A stretch of DNA of 24,443 bases from a virus (lineage: Duplodnaviria > Caudoviricetes): the IMG/VR virus record IMGVR_UViG_3300020045_002295, positions 1-24,443 of that record, one strand, 5' to 3'. The notes under the pieces are model-generated. The model worked only from the letters and a program-made list of their open reading frames with translations, was not told where the DNA came from and ran no database searches. The position numbers and the translations under genes are program-made. Below are positions 8,917-17,657 of this stretch, in pieces (the first letter of the stretch is position 1; each line of letters begins with the position of its first letter).

Positions 8917-9759
8917 ATGGAATTTAAACAAATCAGTTACGGATTAAAGGATTTAAACGAAAGTAAAGGCGAAATTGTGGCCTATGCTAACGCTTATAAT
9001 AATGAAGATTCAGATAAAGATATTTCTGGATACGGTTCGTTTACAAAAACCGTAAGCGAAAACTTTAAACGTATTCGTGTATTGAAAGACCATAATCCCA
9101 CAATGATGATAGGAGTACCTTTAGCAATTGACACTAAAGACACTTATGGATTACTTACTCATACTAAATTTAATATGAATAAGGATTTAGGTCGCGATAT
9201 GTTTACCGATGTTAAATTAATGCACGAAAATAACTTAAACGCTGAATTAAGTATAGGTTATAAGGTTATGCAGCGCGATGTTAAAAATAAAAACATTATT
9301 ACAGAATATAAATTAATGGAATATTCATTTTTATCATCTTGGGCGGCCAATGAATTAGCAACCGTTCAAAGCATAAAAGGAATTAAAAGCCATTACGGAA
9401 TAATGGAACTTATAGAAAAATCATATAATTTGGATTATTCAGACACGCGTTTAAGACAAATTGAAAATTTATTAAAAATGGCCTCTATGGGTGATTCAGA
9501 AGAAAATCCAGACAAGGCGTTTGTTGATATGATGATACCGCACCATAACTCAGCTATAAAAATGGCTGAAAAATACGAAACAATTTTAAAAAATTCACAA
9601 TTAAAGCAATTAGCAAAAAATATTATTTCTTCTCAATCAAAAGAAATAAATATAATGGAGTCACTCAATATTAAAGCCGTAGATGATACACTTTACTTTA
9701 ATGAGCCGCTTATTTTGGACACGTTAAAATCATTTACAAACTCTTTAAACATTAAATAA
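8917..9759 (+). CDS. HK97-family prohead protease with a C-terminal DUF305-like module
   Basis: Catalytic-like LKDH, ELSIGY and L.EYSF...AANE; from about nt 9505 to 9660, DKAFVDMMIPHHNSAIKMA...LKQLAKNIISSQSKEINIM. Confidence 0.9.
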   Translation: MEFKQISYGLKDLNESKGEIVAYANAYNNEDSDKDISGYGSFTKTVSENFKRIRVLKDHNPTMMIGVPLAIDTKDTYGLLTHTKFNMNKDLGRDMFTDVKLMHENNLNAELSIGYKVMQRDVKNKNIITEYKLMEYSFLSSWAANELATVQSIKGIKSHYGIMELIEKSYNLDYSDTRLRQIENLLKMASMGDSEENPDKAFVDMMIPHHNSAIKMAEKYETILKNSQLKQLAKNIISSQSKEINIMESLNIKAVDDTLYFNEPLILDTLKSFTNSLNIK

Positions 9760-9760
9760 A

Positions 9761-10927
9761 ATGAACGAGGAATTAAAAGCCGAATTGGCAAACATTAAAA
9801 CAGGCTTAGAAACTAAAACGGCCTCAGAAGTAAAAAGCGCAATCGATGCTTTTGAAACTAAATTATCAGCATCAAATAAAAATCAATTTGAGACAGAATT
9901 GAAAGCCGTTACCGATGCTATGGAATTGAAATTCGCCGCTGACTTGAAAGTAGTTCAAGATCACGCAAATTTATTAGACGGTAAATTGCAAGAAAAACAA
10001 TTACAGGCCGGAGCGAATGAAGATGTTTTGGTAAAATCAATCAAAGAAGGTTTTACAGGCATCAAAGAAGTTCGTAAAGGAAATGCGTTCCAAACCAAAG
10101 TAGTTGGGGATATGGCATTGACTACAAACCTAACTGGAGCACAACCTAAAGATTATAACTTTAATGTTGTGATGATTCCGGGTCAAGCGGTTAATGTTTC
10201 TGACTTGGTTGGAAGTGTTAATATTTCTGGAGGCACTTATACATTCCCACGCGAGGGAGCGGGTGAAGGTTCAATCGGTGCACAAGTTGAGGGCGCAACT
10301 AAAAACCAAAGAGATTACGATTTTACAATGGTTGACGTGAACACTGACTTTATTGCAGGATTTACACGTTATAGCAAAAAAATGGCTAATAACTTGCCGT
10401 TCTTGACTTCGTTTATTCCTAATGCTTTGCGTAGAGATTATGCAATAGCTGAAAATGCAGCATTTAACACTGTTTTAGCAGGTGCAGCAACTCCATCAAC
10501 TGAAATTATCACAGGTCAAAACAAAATAGAAATGTTGATCGCTGAAATCGCAAAACAACAAGACGCCAATTACATCGTTAACGGTATCGTTGTAAGACCG
10601 TCCGATTATTGGGATATTTTGATTACTGAAAAATCAACAGGAGCTGGTTATGGTTTACCGGGTGTTGTTACTTTTGAAGGTAATCAATTACGTATCAATG
10701 GTATTCCAATTTATCAAGCCACTTGGGTAACTGCAAATAAATATTTTGTAGGTGACTGGACAAGGGTAAACAAGATCGTTACAGAAGGATTGTCTTTAGA
10801 GTTTTCAGAACAAGAAGGCACAAACTTTGTTAAAAATAACATTACAGCACGTATCGAAGCTCAAGTTGCTTTGGCAGTTGAGCAGCCATTGGCATTAGTT
10901 TATGGTGACTTCACAGCGATTGCATAG
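9761..10927 (+). CDS. Major capsid protein (HK97 fold, N-terminal delta/scaffold region)
   Basis: Coiled-coil-like N-terminus; VEGATK, IAGFTRYSK, INGIPIY, VGDW, FVKNNITARIE; followed by a strong terminator. Confidence 0.95.
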   Translation: MNEELKAELANIKTGLETKTASEVKSAIDAFETKLSASNKNQFETELKAVTDAMELKFAADLKVVQDHANLLDGKLQEKQLQAGANEDVLVKSIKEGFTGIKEVRKGNAFQTKVVGDMALTTNLTGAQPKDYNFNVVMIPGQAVNVSDLVGSVNISGGTYTFPREGAGEGSIGAQVEGATKNQRDYDFTMVDVNTDFIAGFTRYSKKMANNLPFLTSFIPNALRRDYAIAENAAFNTVLAGAATPSTEIITGQNKIEMLIAEIAKQQDANYIVNGIVVRPSDYWDILITEKSTGAGYGLPGVVTFEGNQLRINGIPIYQATWVTANKYFVGDWTRVNKIVTEGLSLEFSEQEGTNFVKNNITARIEAQVALAVEQPLALVYGDFTAIA

Positions 10928-10951
10928 TTCTGGTTGAATTAGTTAATTTTG

Positions 10952-10982
10952 AAACCGTTTGTTAATTCAAACGGTTTTTTTT
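10952..10982 (+). terminator. Intrinsic terminator after the capsid gene
   Basis: AAACCGTTTG-ttaatt-CAAACGGTTT followed by a T-run. Confidence 0.85.
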
Positions 10983-10983
10983 A

Positions 10984-10991
10984 TATCTTTG
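10984..10991 (+). promoter_or_regulatory. -7 box TATCTTTG
   Basis: TAnnTTTG immediately after the terminator and upstream of ATG 11011. Confidence 0.6.
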
Positions 10992-11010
10992 AATATCAAA
11001 AAATAATATT

Positions 11011-11238
11011 ATGAAATCATACAAAGTTATTAAGCCGTTTTTTAAGTTATCAGATAAAAAAAACTATGCAATAGGCAATACTATTGAATTGTCAGATTCA
11101 GACGCAAAAGCTATGGATTGGTATGTAGTAGGAAATAAAGAACCATATTCAGAATCAGAAGAAGGAACTAAAGGAATTGTTTACAGAAAAACACCAGAAG
11201 AAGCGGATAAAGAAATAAAAAAATCTAATAAAAAATGA
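11011..11238 (+). CDS. Small capsid-adjacent protein
   Basis: YKVIKPF....KNYAIGNTIEL resembles small proteins often found after HK97 capsid genes. Confidence 0.65.
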   Translation: MKSYKVIKPFFKLSDKKNYAIGNTIELSDSDAKAMDWYVVGNKEPYSESEEGTKGIVYRKTPEEADKEIKKSNKK

Positions 11239-11336
11239 GCTATCCGGACTGTTTGACAAATCCAATTTTTTATTTATTAGTAATAAATACACTTGTCGGA
11301 ATAAGAGCTTTTTATAAACTATTAAATAATAAATAA
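11235..11336 (+). CDS. 33-aa hydrophobic micro-ORF (not in the ORF track)
   Basis: MSYPDCLTNPIFYLLVINTLVGIRAFYKLLNNK; ATGA overlap upstream and TAATG overlap downstream, exactly filling the gap. Confidence 0.5.
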   Translation: MSYPDCLTNPIFYLLVINTLVGIRAFYKLLNNK

Positions 11337-11794
11337 TGACTGATTATATCGATGTTATTTCTTTAGCACAAGCAAAATTATACTTAAAAATCGATGCGTT
11401 ACAAACAGAAACGGACGCAGAAATTACAAGTATGATTAAAAGTTCTTTATCATTTATCGAAAAAAGAACGGGACATATATTTAAAACTCGAAATAAGACT
11501 TATTATAGTTGTGCCTTGGTTAATAGTGTGATTGTTTATGATTACCCTATTGACAACGCTATTACATTGTATGATATTCAATACCGACAAACAAATGCAA
11601 TTGTGCCAACTGTTAACGGCTCGGTTATTTTAACATTAGGTTATTCAGATATTGACGATATCCCAAACGAGTTAATCGATGCTGCTTTACAGTTAATTAA
11701 AGTGTGGTTTTACGAAAGCGAAACTCAAAGTAATAGTACATTAATTCCTTTGAGTGTGATGCAAGCAATTGACGTAAATAGACGATTTGTATGA
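11336..11794 (+). CDS. Head-tail connector (HK97 gp6-like adaptor)
   Basis: ISLAQAKLYLKID...D.EI..MI.S....IE..T; IP..L..A.L.LI..WFYE. Confidence 0.9.
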   Translation: MTDYIDVISLAQAKLYLKIDALQTETDAEITSMIKSSLSFIEKRTGHIFKTRNKTYYSCALVNSVIVYDYPIDNAITLYDIQYRQTNAIVPTVNGSVILTLGYSDIDDIPNELIDAALQLIKVWFYESETQSNSTLIPLSVMQAIDVNRRFV

Positions 11795-12117
11795 TAGCGC
11801 GCAAATACACAAAAGCAATCGGAATATGGAAAACTACAACTGTTCCAGACGGTTACGGTGGCAACACTGTAACTACTGCTTTGGTTTATTCTGTATGGGC
11901 AAATGTAGACACTAAGCGAGCTTATAGACAGAATGAAAACGGTCAAAACGATAACTTTATTCAAACTGTTTTTACTATTCGTAATCGTTATGATATTGAT
12001 TTGTCGGTAAAAGATAATTTCATAAAATACAACGGTTTAATTTATAATATTGATTCTATTTTGAATATGGATTTAAATAATATCGATGTAGAAATATATG
12101 GAACTCAAAGGGATTAA
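11791..12117 (+). CDS. Head closure protein (SPP1 gp16-like)
   Basis: PDGYGG, VWANV, FTIR.R, IKYNG..YNI.SI. Confidence 0.9.
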   Translation: MIARKYTKAIGIWKTTTVPDGYGGNTVTTALVYSVWANVDTKRAYRQNENGQNDNFIQTVFTIRNRYDIDLSVKDNFIKYNGLIYNIDSILNMDLNNIDVEIYGTQRD

Positions 12118-12532
12118 TACCGTTATATCAAATCTAAGAAAATACGGAAAAGAAGCTGAAAAAGATATTGAAGGTGTTACGGTTTTAGTTGCTAAAAATA
12201 TTGAGAGTTATGCAAAATCACAAGCACCTGCAAACTTTGGTAAATTAGGGCAGTCTATAAAATCAAGTGAAGTAGATAAAACACACTGGAAAATTGAAGC
12301 GGGCGGAACTATTGCGCCTTATGCGGCTTATGTAGAATTTGGTACAGGGGGCTTGGTTCAAGTTCCTGATGAAATGAAAGAAATTGCAATTAAATTTAAG
12401 GGAAAAGGAATAAAAGAAGTGAATTTAAGAGCTAGGCCGTATTTATATCCATCATTGTTACGCGGGAGAAAAGAGTATTTAGACAAATTGAAGAAAACAT
12501 TAGAAAAATATGGCAAAACCAAATCCAAATAA
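12098..12532 (+). CDS. HK97 gp10-like neck protein
   Basis: AK..AP...G.L..SI, YAAYVEFGT, ARPYLYPS. Confidence 0.9.
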   Translation: MELKGINTVISNLRKYGKEAEKDIEGVTVLVAKNIESYAKSQAPANFGKLGQSIKSSEVDKTHWKIEAGGTIAPYAAYVEFGTGGLVQVPDEMKEIAIKFKGKGIKEVNLRARPYLYPSLLRGRKEYLDKLKKTLEKYGKTKSK

Positions 12533-12917
12533 ATTTATTCGTAAAGTAATTTATGATTTAGTTAATCCGGTTTATCCGTGTTTTGATATGCAAGTGACTG
12601 GAAAATTAAATCCTACGCAATACGTAATTATTTCGACACAAGATAAAAGCGATGTTAATGCTAATAAATGCACACACAGATGGGAAGTTGCTACACTGCT
12701 AGATATTGTATGTATTTATAACGGTGCAGGAAATACAGGTTCAAGGGTTGTAAACGATGATATGGAAAATGCAATAAGAACATTATTGGAAAATATTACA
12801 ATTCCAAACTATACCGTATTAATTCAAAATTTTGAATACCCATCAAATTTAGACTCAAGTACATCGACGCAAACAGTTTACAGAAATTTTATACGCGTTG
12901 TATTAACATTAGAATAA
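12510..12917 (+). CDS. Tail terminator / tail completion protein (probable)
   Basis: Position between the gp10-like gene and the tail tube; 135 aa. Confidence 0.7.
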   Translation: MAKPNPNKFIRKVIYDLVNPVYPCFDMQVTGKLNPTQYVIISTQDKSDVNANKCTHRWEVATLLDIVCIYNGAGNTGSRVVNDDMENAIRTLLENITIPNYTVLIQNFEYPSNLDSSTSTQTVYRNFIRVVLTLE

Positions 12918-12923
12918 AAATAG

Positions 12924-12936
12924 TATATTTACATAA
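12924..12936 (+). promoter_or_regulatory. Putative -7 box variant TATATTTACATAA upstream of the tail tube gene
   Basis: Identical to 6574-6586. Confidence 0.45.
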
Positions 12937-12955
12937 TAATTTAAAACTTATCAAA

Positions 12956-13402
12956 ATGAGCATTAAAGGCGAAAAAGGAATAATCTACATTTATACAGGT
13001 GCTGCCTATAAGCCAGTAGCTTGTTTAACTTCAAACAGTTTGAATACAACTGTTTCAATGATTGCATCAAATACGAAATGTTTTCCGGGTGTAACTAAAA
13101 AAACAGCAGGATCGTTTGATTATACAATTGATGCAGAGGGCGAATATATCGACACTACAACGGTTGGAGGAGATACAGCTAAACAGTCACACGATGCATT
13201 GTTTTTAATCCAACAGGCAAAAACATTAGTTGAATGGAAACTAGATACCAATGTAGACGATGCAACAAGTGTTAAATACTATGGCAGTGGTTATATTACT
13301 GACTTAAGTGCGACTTTTGGAAGCGGTGACGAGGTTTCTACATTTAGTGCGACTATTGACGGTGACGGGGCTATTGTATTAGTGGATCCAAATGCAGTAT
13401 AA
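12956..13402 (+). CDS. Major tail tube protein
   Basis: TP901-1-like tube pattern PVACLTSNSL...Y.G.GYITDLS...DEVSTFSATIDGDG; upstream of the chaperones and tape measure. Confidence 0.88.
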   Translation: MSIKGEKGIIYIYTGAAYKPVACLTSNSLNTTVSMIASNTKCFPGVTKKTAGSFDYTIDAEGEYIDTTTVGGDTAKQSHDALFLIQQAKTLVEWKLDTNVDDATSVKYYGSGYITDLSATFGSGDEVSTFSATIDGDGAIVLVDPNAV

Positions 13403-13746
13403 TGAAACAAATCACATTAAATATTGGAGGTAAAGACCGTGTATTTTATTTCGGTTTAGGTTTTTTAGGTCGTTTGCTCGATGAAACCAATACAAGTATG
13501 TCAGACTTTGATAAACTACGAACTGAAAACCCGTTCAAATGGATACCGTTAATGATGTTTCATTCGTGTTCTTATGGCTATATTCGTGAAAATAAAGAGC
13601 CTGATTTTGTGTTGCAGGATGTTATAAACTGGATTGACGAAACAGATGTTGAAGTTTTAAAAAGCTTTAATACTGCTTTTGCATCATCATTGACAAAAGA
13701 CGTTCCAACACAACCAGAAGTTAAAAAAAAAGTGAAGGTAAAATAA
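13402..13746 (+). CDS. Tail assembly chaperone (lambda gpG analogue)
   Basis: Position between tube and tape measure; ends ...EVKKKVKVK over an A9 run. Confidence 0.8.
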   Translation: MKQITLNIGGKDRVFYFGLGFLGRLLDETNTSMSDFDKLRTENPFKWIPLMMFHSCSYGYIRENKEPDFVLQDVINWIDETDVEVLKSFNTAFASSLTKDVPTQPEVKKKVKVK

Positions 13747-14066
13747 ACTGGAGTGAAGACGTGATATGCTTTGCGCTAGGAGAACTTAAATGTCCTGATT
13801 TGGATTTCGTTTACGATATGACGTGGGCAGAATTTCAAATCAGGCTTTTTGCATATAAAAGGATAGATTTATATAAATGGAAAATGCTAAGGGAATTAAT
13901 GTGGACAAGCTACATCGCACCACATCAAGACCCAAAGAAAATGCCAAAGAGAAAAGAAATTTTCTTACCTTTGAATGATGACAAAAAAATAAGTGAAGGC
14001 GTATCACAAGATCATAAAGAACATTTCTTAAAAGAATTTCAAAAATGGCAACAGGCGGTAAATTAG
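13725..14066 (+). CDS. Tail assembly chaperone extension (gpT analogue), reached by -1 frameshift
   Basis: The -1 frame is open from 13725 (KKSEGKINWSEDVICFALGEL...YDMTWAEF). The track start GTG 13761 is probably not a real start. Confidence 0.75.
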   Translation, partial: KKSEGKINWSEDVICFALGELKCPDLDFVYDMTWAEFQIRLFAYKRIDLYKWKMLRELMWTSYIAPHQDPKKMPKRKEIFLPLNDDKKISEGVSQDHKEHFLKEFQKWQQAVN

Positions 14067-15820
14067 AGGTACAAATTGGAGCAGACAAAACCGACTTTGA
14101 TAAAAAAATTAAAGAGGTTGAATTTGATATTAAGGAATTATCTAGGGCTAAACTTGACAAAATAAAACTTGGTTTAGATACGCGTGAAATAACCGCTCAA
14201 ATTAAGGATGCTAAAAATTCATTAAATGGATTAAAAACAGCCGTTAGGGATACGGGGGGAGCGATTGGCGGTATGGCTCCAAAAGTTGCGAACGGTTCAA
14301 ACGCCTTAATGCAATTTTCACGTATTGCACAAGATGCGCCATACGGGATTATAGGTATAGGTAATAATATTACGGCAACTGCTGAAAGTTTTGGATATTT
14401 AAAACAACAAACAGGTTCTACAAGCGGCGCGTTAAAAGCAATGGCATCATCGTTAATGGGTACAGGTGGTATTTTATTAGGCGTTTCTTTGCTAACCACA
14501 GGATTTACTTTATTGAGTCAATCGGGCTTATCAATAGGCGATGTATTTGATAAAATAACAGAAAAGGCAGAAAGTTTTGCAAGAACATTATCAAAAGTAA
14601 ACGACGAGGCTTATAAAGACAAAGGAGTTCAAGAAGCGATAGCAAACGTAAATGAACTTACTAATGAAATTGAATTAGCTAAAAATGGATTTTTAAATAA
14701 AGACAAGGTTGTAGAGCATTACAATGAAACTATTGGAAAAACCACAGGATTAGTAAAAAACATAGATGAAGCTGAAAAAGAGCTGACAAAAAATGCAGAC
14801 GCATATATAAAAATGACTTTGTTTAAAGCGGCCGCAAATTTAGCATTACAAGATGCGGCTAAGCAACAATTAGACGCAGAAAGAAGTCGTGTTAAAAAAT
14901 TAAGTGAATTTACAAATGCTTTTTTAGATGCTGATTTAACTCAAACAAGAAGTAAAGAACAATATAATCAAAAACAAAAAAATCTACAAAATCAATTAAA
15001 ATTAAGGCAAGCCGAAGAAATTAAAATAAATGAAGACGCTTCGAAGAAAAATTTAAGTATTGCTAAAAAATTCCAAGACGAAGCCGCTAAAATAGCTAAA
15101 GGATTTGGATTCAATTTCTTTGGTGACACAAAACAAGGTAACACTAAAAAAGCACCCGAAACGTTTAATACTCCACAAGTTTCTGGAATACAAAGTTTTA
15201 TTACTCCATTGGAATTAACTCCAGTAATTGACACGGCAAAAATTACAAGTTCAATGAAAATGATTACGTCAATCATTTCAGAGGAATCTATTAGAGCTAT
15301 GGAGGCTATGCTTCAATTTAATGAAAACATTAATGCTATAATTGAAGATAGTTTTGTTTCTACATTTGGAAATTTAGGAACTGTAATAGGTGACGCTTTG
15401 GCAAGTGGTGCAAATGTTTTAGAATCGGTTGGAAATTCATTAATGGCAAGTTTAGGAAATCTATTATCTAGTTTAGGTACTGAATTAATTAAATTAGGAA
15501 CAGCAGCAGTACTGGCCGGAACAGTAGTTAAATTATTCGGTACTGTTTCCGGTATTGGCGCAGGGCTTTTAGCAATTGCAGGGGGAACGGCATTAAAAGG
15601 AATAGGTGCGGCAATGAGTAAAGGCGCGAATGATAGAGCAAATGGGAATACTTCAACAGCAACAGGACAAGGCGCAAATAACACATCCACAACATCAGGA
15701 GGCGGCACTGGTTGGAGTGGAGGCGCAAACGGAACAGTTGTATTCGAAATTGCAGGAACATCTTTAATCGGAGTTCTAAATAACACTACTGAAAGAAACT
15801 TACGAATAGGAGGAAGATAA
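14045..15820 (+). CDS. Tape measure protein
   Basis: N-terminal LEVQIGAD; RIAQDAPYG..GI.NNI; Ala/Gly-rich helical and hydrophobic segments; follows the chaperones. Confidence 0.88.
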   Translation: MATGGKLEVQIGADKTDFDKKIKEVEFDIKELSRAKLDKIKLGLDTREITAQIKDAKNSLNGLKTAVRDTGGAIGGMAPKVANGSNALMQFSRIAQDAPYGIIGIGNNITATAESFGYLKQQTGSTSGALKAMASSLMGTGGILLGVSLLTTGFTLLSQSGLSIGDVFDKITEKAESFARTLSKVNDEAYKDKGVQEAIANVNELTNEIELAKNGFLNKDKVVEHYNETIGKTTGLVKNIDEAEKELTKNADAYIKMTLFKAAANLALQDAAKQQLDAERSRVKKLSEFTNAFLDADLTQTRSKEQYNQKQKNLQNQLKLRQAEEIKINEDASKKNLSIAKKFQDEAAKIAKGFGFNFFGDTKQGNTKKAPETFNTPQVSGIQSFITPLELTPVIDTAKITSSMKMITSIISEESIRAMEAMLQFNENINAIIEDSFVSTFGNLGTVIGDALASGANVLESVGNSLMASLGNLLSSLGTELIKLGTAAVLAGTVVKLFGTVSGIGAGLLAIAGGTALKGIGAAMSKGANDRANGNTSTATGQGANNTSTTSGGGTGWSGGANGTVVFEIAGTSLIGVLNNTTERNLRIGGR

Positions 15821-17637
15821 TGGAAAAATATTTTATACAAAATAATTACACAGGCTATTTAGTTCAAATATTTGAAGTTGGATTTACGGGAATTTCAACA
15901 GAAATATTTGGTAAAATTTCATTTGACAAAGGTAGTGTAGACAATATTTTAGACACAATTCGCGGAACTGGTTTAAATTTACAATTAGAAGCGAATCCAT
16001 TATTGACATTTGAAGAGTTTTCAGATGCAGACGAAAAGACATATACCGTTAGGGTGTCGAAAGGCAGTCAAATAGTATTCAATGGTTTTCTTAAACCGGA
16101 CGGAGTAACGCAATCTTTTGTGCGTGATATTTGGGTAGTTAATTTAGATTTTATCGATGGTCTTGGAAGTTTGAAAGATTTGGCATTTGTAAAAGCCAAC
16201 GGAACTAATTACACTGGAAAATTATCGATATTTGAAGTTATACAAGCGTGTTTGGCTCGAACTGGAATAGTAATGACAATTAATTCGTTTGTTGATGTGC
16301 TTTATTTAGATTATGCCGGAACTAATATTTTAAAAGATACTTATGTAAGTTCAGACCGCTTCTTTAAAATAGATGCTCAAACAAGCGGAGGCGGAACTAC
16401 AATGACCTGTGAGGAGGTTTTAAATTCTGTATTAAATTTGTTTTCCGCTTGCATAACTCAACAATATGGGTATTGGTGGGTATATCGTCCTAATGAATTT
16501 TCCCTTTCAGCAACTTTTATCGATAATTCACTAAATACAACTTTTATAAAAGGACTGTATAAAAAAATAGGTTCGCAAATTGATAATTATTACCCTCATC
16601 ATTGTGGAGGTAATCAACAAATACAAACAAAGGGTGCAATTAGCGCGTATCGTTTAAATTACAAATATGGCTTTAAAGCTGGAATGTTGCTTAATCCTAA
16701 TTTACATCACGATACGGCTTTAGTTTTTGATAATTGGATAAAGGCTAGTAATCTGTTTGGAGTCGTTTTAATCAATGATTTAAGTGATACAATGGGATTA
16801 AAAATGGAAACTAAGTACATTTTAGGATTTCCAACGACACGCGAAATATTACGCTCTCAAACTGTTTCCGCTATTGCAGGCAGTCAAATAGATTTAAAAG
16901 TAGAATTAAGTGTTGAAAGTTTAAGCGTTGGATATTTTCACTTTAATTTAGTGCGTTCAGATGGTTATCACGCTGACAACAATGGAGTTTGGCAAAACAG
17001 CGTACAATTATTAAGCACAACGGTAACCGGAATAAGTACAGCAACTTGGACGTTAAAAACCGAGCCGGTGCCAAATGATTGTACTGTTTATGTAATAATT
17101 CGTAATGTTTTATCGGACAAAGTAGCCCCGCAAATTGCAGAAATACAATCTTGTCAACTTACCAATAATTTCAATTACGATGGCAAAATAGGGGAGTTTC
17201 ATACCGTTACGCGTTTAGTTGCTCCAAGTTCAATTATCAAAGAAAATCAAACTGTTTACAATGGCGACTCAATTGGTGACATTTTCGAAGGTGCGATTTA
17301 TAAAAGTGATAAAACAACTTTAACAACCTTATGGACACGCAAAGGAAAACTAGAAGAAAAATCTATTTTAAGAATAAGTGCAGAAGACGATATGCGTATT
17401 CAGCAAAAACCAACTAAAACATTTACGGGCGATATTTTTGGATACGTGCCTTATTTATCTATAGTAGAAATAAATAACATAAACGGATTATTTATGTTTA
17501 TTGAACATAGTTATGACACTGATAGTAATATAACGCGGGGTAAATTGCAGCAGTTTTATACAAGTGAGGTTGCTGACTTGCAATATTTATTAACTTACGA
17601 TTATGGAAATACTGTAAAACCGTCAATTCGTTCATAA
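15820..17637 (+). CDS. Tail tip / hub-like structural protein
   Basis: 605 aa, directly after the tape measure gene; F.GF..PD, DGLG.LKD, C.EVL..VL..F.A.I.Q..G.W pattern. Confidence 0.65.
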   Translation: MEKYFIQNNYTGYLVQIFEVGFTGISTEIFGKISFDKGSVDNILDTIRGTGLNLQLEANPLLTFEEFSDADEKTYTVRVSKGSQIVFNGFLKPDGVTQSFVRDIWVVNLDFIDGLGSLKDLAFVKANGTNYTGKLSIFEVIQACLARTGIVMTINSFVDVLYLDYAGTNILKDTYVSSDRFFKIDAQTSGGGTTMTCEEVLNSVLNLFSACITQQYGYWWVYRPNEFSLSATFIDNSLNTTFIKGLYKKIGSQIDNYYPHHCGGNQQIQTKGAISAYRLNYKYGFKAGMLLNPNLHHDTALVFDNWIKASNLFGVVLINDLSDTMGLKMETKYILGFPTTREILRSQTVSAIAGSQIDLKVELSVESLSVGYFHFNLVRSDGYHADNNGVWQNSVQLLSTTVTGISTATWTLKTEPVPNDCTVYVIIRNVLSDKVAPQIAEIQSCQLTNNFNYDGKIGEFHTVTRLVAPSSIIKENQTVYNGDSIGDIFEGAIYKSDKTTLTTLWTRKGKLEEKSILRISAEDDMRIQQKPTKTFTGDIFGYVPYLSIVEINNINGLFMFIEHSYDTDSNITRGKLQQFYTSEVADLQYLLTYDYGNTVKPSIRS

Positions 17638-17645
17638 TTTTTTAA

Positions 17646-17653
17646 TATATTTG
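17646..17653 (+). promoter_or_regulatory. -7 box TATATTTG
   Basis: TAnnTTTG in a 20-nt intergenic gap, 4 nt before ATG 17658. Confidence 0.6.
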
Positions 17654-17657
17654 TTGT

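Noticed and set aside
15313-15840. 175-aa antisense ORF, and the other minus-strand ORFs in the track
   Set aside because: All overlap well-supported + strand genes and show no recognisable motifs; they look like shadow frames.
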